Shown here piece by piece: positions 16,474 through 18,627 of a stretch of DNA of 18,627 nt (position 1 is the first letter of the stretch; each line of letters begins with the position of its first letter). Source of the DNA: an uncultured Fibrobacterales bacterium (GTDB lineage Bacteria > Fibrobacterota > Fibrobacteria > Fibrobacterales > CAWVXU01); the NCBI GenBank assembly GCA_963934255.1, contig CAWVXU010000055.1, positions 1 to 18,627 on the forward strand, in the 5' to 3' direction. A program made the position numbers and the translations under genes. Below the pieces are notes generated by a model. That model worked only from the letters and a program-made list of their open reading frames with translations. It was not told where the DNA came from and searched no databases.

Positions 16474-16503
16474 ACTCCAATACTCCAATACTCATCTGTG
16501 AGG

Positions 16504-16581
16504 TTAAAACTGTGGATGATTTTCATCTTCTGTGGCAATAAAGCCATTGAGGCTAGTAGCGATACAAATTGAGTATTTCAT
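16504..16581 (-). pseudogene. N-terminal remnant of a DHFR/RibD C-terminal-domain family protein
   Basis: MKYSICIATSLNGFIATEDENHPQF* matches the family start 'YIATSLDGFIA..DG'; stops after 25 aa. Confidence 0.65.
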
Positions 16582-16624
16582 AAGCTGACATAAAGGACAA
16601 AGGACTCTATAAGTATAAGTATTA

Positions 16625-16643
16625 ATTCTGATTGAGTCTCATT
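16625..16643. promoter_or_regulatory. Second copy of putative Fur-like operator
   Basis: ATTCTGATTGAGTCTCATT; core GATTGAGTCTCA is 11/12 identical to GATTTAGTCTCA upstream of feoA. Confidence 0.4.
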
Positions 16644-16655
16644 AGGATTTAAATA

Positions 16656-16695
16656 AAAAAAGGTGGGTCTCATTGTTCTGAGCCCACCCTTTTTT
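16656..16695 (-). terminator. Intrinsic terminator after metY (possibly bidirectional)
   Basis: AAAAAAGGTGGGTCTCA-TTGTTC-TGAGCCCACCCTTTTTT with A/T tracts on both sides. Confidence 0.85.
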
Positions 16696-16733
16696 CGTCA
16701 TTTTCATTTGATTCTTTCAAATGAAAATAAATC

Positions 16734-18008
16734 TTATTTCACTTGATCTAAAGCTTGACTGACATCTGCAATAATATCGTCAATATTTTCAATCCCAACA
16801 GAAATTCTAACCAAGTCAGCACTCACCCCAGCTGTAGCGAGTTCTTTATCATTGAGCTGTCGATGAGTTGTAGAAGCCGGATGACACGCTAGAGATTTGG
16901 CGTCGCCAATATTCACCAAACGCAAAATCATTTCAAGTCCATCAATAAAAGTTGAACCGGCGTCAGATCCACCAGTGATACCAAAGCTTAAAATACCTGA
17001 TGCTTTGCCACCAGTTATTCTTTGGCATGTTTCATAATAAGGACTATTTGCTAAAGCTGCATAATTTACCCATTTAACTTTAGGATGATCACTCAGGTAT
17101 TGGGCTAGCTTCTCAGCATTTTCACAATGGCGATCCATGCGCAAACCTAATGTCTCGAGCCCTTGCAATATTTGAAATGAATTCATTGGAGAAATAGCAG
17201 CACCTGTATTTCTTAATGGGGCAACACGACATCTGCCAATATAAGCCGCAGGGCCTAGAGCTTCTGTGTAAACAACTCCATGATACGAGGCATCTGGTTC
17301 ATTTAAAACTTTAAAACGATCTTTATTGGCAACCCAATCAAATTTACCTGAGTCGACAATGATGCCACCTATGGAAGTACCATGTCCACCAATGTATTTG
17401 GTCAATGAATGAACGACAATGTCAGCACCTAATTCAAAAGGGCGACACAAATAAGGTGTGGCAACAGTATTGTCCACGATAACAGGGACTCCATGTTTAT
17501 GAGCAATTTCAGCAAGACGAGAGATATCCACGATATTTCCAGCAGGGTTACCTATGGATTCACAAAAAATAGCTTTGGTATTTTCATCAATCGCATTTTC
17601 AAAACCAGCAAAGTCATCATGATCCAACATACGCACTTCAATACCTTGTTTAGGAAATGAATGAGCAAATAAATTGTAAGTTCCGCCGTACAATTGGCTA
17701 GTACTTATAATGTTGTCACCTACTTCACTGATGCATTGAATGGCATAGGTAATGGCCGCCATACCAGAAGCTACAGCCAAAGCAGCTACACCACCCTCCA
17801 TTGCTGCTACTCGTTTTTCCAAAACATCAGTCGTTGGATTCATGATTCGAGTATAGATGTTACCAGGTACTTTTAAATCAAATAAGTCAGCACCATGCTG
17901 AGTATCATCAAAAGTATAAGAGGTCGTTTGATAAATCGGCACTGCTGCTGCTTTAGTCGTGTCTTCTGATTTATAGCCGTGATGTAATGCAAGTGTCTCT
18001 AAATTCAT
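16734..18008 (-). CDS. metY: O-acetylhomoserine aminocarboxypropyltransferase/sulfhydrylase (MetY family)
   Basis: VPIYQTTSY, GNIYTRIMNPT, LYGGT, IVDNT, HSLTKYIGGHG (PLP Lys), NIGDAKSLACHPASTTHRQL, RISVGIE; AAGGA SD before ATG 18008. Confidence 0.95.
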   Translation of the reverse strand: MNLETLALHHGYKSEDTTKAAAVPIYQTTSYTFDDTQHGADLFDLKVPGNIYTRIMNPTTDVLEKRVAAMEGGVAALAVASGMAAITYAIQCISEVGDNIISTSQLYGGTYNLFAHSFPKQGIEVRMLDHDDFAGFENAIDENTKAIFCESIGNPAGNIVDISRLAEIAHKHGVPVIVDNTVATPYLCRPFELGADIVVHSLTKYIGGHGTSIGGIIVDSGKFDWVANKDRFKVLNEPDASYHGVVYTEALGPAAYIGRCRVAPLRNTGAAISPMNSFQILQGLETLGLRMDRHCENAEKLAQYLSDHPKVKWVNYAALANSPYYETCQRITGGKASGILSFGITGGSDAGSTFIDGLEMILRLVNIGDAKSLACHPASTTHRQLNDKELATAGVSADLVRISVGIENIDDIIADVSQALDQVK

Positions 18009-18247
18009 TTCTGGTTCCTTAATGAATAAATGTTTTAAAATCCTAACTAATTTACTCAATAACTCACTCTAGAGCTAGCCCTATTTTGCTTTTTACTCAG
18101 TTTCTAATTGTAAGAAAATGACCTCGGGAGTTTTTAAATTAAAGGGTTTTGGGAACTTTTTGATCCTCATCTGGCGCAGTCCGCTCCTTCATGCTCAATT
18201 AAGGGGTAAACCCTGTTTATTAATTAACAGGGTCACTCTATTATCCC

Positions 18248-18275
18248 TTGACATGGAACTAAATGTTTCTAAAAT
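18248..18275 (+). promoter_or_regulatory. Sigma70-type promoter for tRNA-Gly
   Basis: TTGACA (18248-18253), 16-nt spacer, TAAAAT (18270-18275), 10 nt before the tRNA. Confidence 0.7.
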
Positions 18276-18285
18276 TGGTGTTAAT

Positions 18286-18358
18286 GCGGGAGTAGCTCAA
18301 TTGGTAGAGCAACAGCCTTCCAAGCTGTAGGTCGTGGGTTCGAGTCTCATCTCCCGCT
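18286..18358 (+). tRNA. tRNA-Gly (anticodon TCC), CCA not encoded
   Basis: Acceptor GCGGGAG/CTCCCGC, D-arm GCTC-AATTGGTA-GAGC, anticodon arm ACAGC-CTTCCAA-GCTGT, T-loop TTCGAGT, discriminator U. Confidence 0.97.
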
Positions 18359-18362
18359 TATT

Positions 18363-18399
18363 AAAAAGCCTTTATCTTTGGATGAGGGCTTTTTCTTTT
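18363..18399 (+). terminator. Intrinsic terminator after tRNA-Gly
   Basis: AAAGCCTTTATC-TTTG-GATGAGGGCTTT followed by T-rich run; mismatches are G-U on the plus strand. Confidence 0.75.
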
Positions 18400-18526
18400 C
18401 TAAGTCAATTGTAGATTCCTCTGTAATATTCATCCCATTTACCATAAAATCAATACTATCGCATAACTAGCTTGATCATAAGTAGGCGACACTAATTACC
18501 CGAGACATACTTACTACCGACAATCG

Positions 18527-18625
18527 TTATTCTATCCAAATGACCCTTCTACTTTCATTCACAGCATTGACGCTAATCACTCGAGCATCATTATTGCCCC
18601 CCGCGTTGGCATCTGTAACCGTATA
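18527..18625 (-). CDS. 3' end of a protein with a cadherin-like/Ig-like tandem repeat (partial, probably truncated)
   Basis: YTVTDANAGGNNDARVISVNAVNESRRVIWIE* resembles the repeat consensus YTVTD..G......ITV.AVND; 5' part lies outside the window. Confidence 0.5.
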   Translation of the reverse strand, partial: YTVTDANAGGNNDARVISVNAVNESRRVIWIE

Positions 18626-18627
18626 GG

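Noticed and set aside
18160..18200. SAH riboswitch-like GAAGGAGCG on the minus strand upstream of metY
   Set aside because: The following CUGC..CAGGCUC and pseudoknot partner could not be found.
18118..18330. 70-aa ORF on the plus strand
   Set aside because: Runs through the tRNA promoter and into tRNA-Gly; no protein-like features.

Overview
AT-rich bacterial chromosomal window made mostly of housekeeping genes: the 3' end of proS, a GH3/NagZ-like hydrolase, surE-gyrA, a broken FecR-domain gene followed by pssA, hisS-queF-serC, an exported beta-barrel-like protein, metA plus an FMN reductase, feoA-feoB, a five-heme cytochrome c lipoprotein, metY and tRNA-Gly(TCC). Promoter style (TAnnTTTG together with SD sites) hints at an FCB-group organism, possibly Fibrobacterota; this is inference only. 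I found no CRISPR array, intact transposase, integrase or clearly new multi-gene system. The most notable signals are (1) an in-frame 'mini-FeoB' lacking most of its membrane domain, (2) a shared Fur-like palindrome upstream of feoA and of the cytochrome unit, (3) a MetA with Gly111, predicting succinyl specificity, near an O-acetylhomoserine-type MetY, (4) an unannotated 44-aa highly acidic lipoprotein-like ORF, (5) a swapped catalytic loop in the GH3 enzyme, and (6) several gene fragments in the intergenic regions (RND, FecR, DHFR/RibD, Ig-like repeat), pointing to deletion-driven erosion or misassembly. All family calls come from motif recognition by eye, not database searches.
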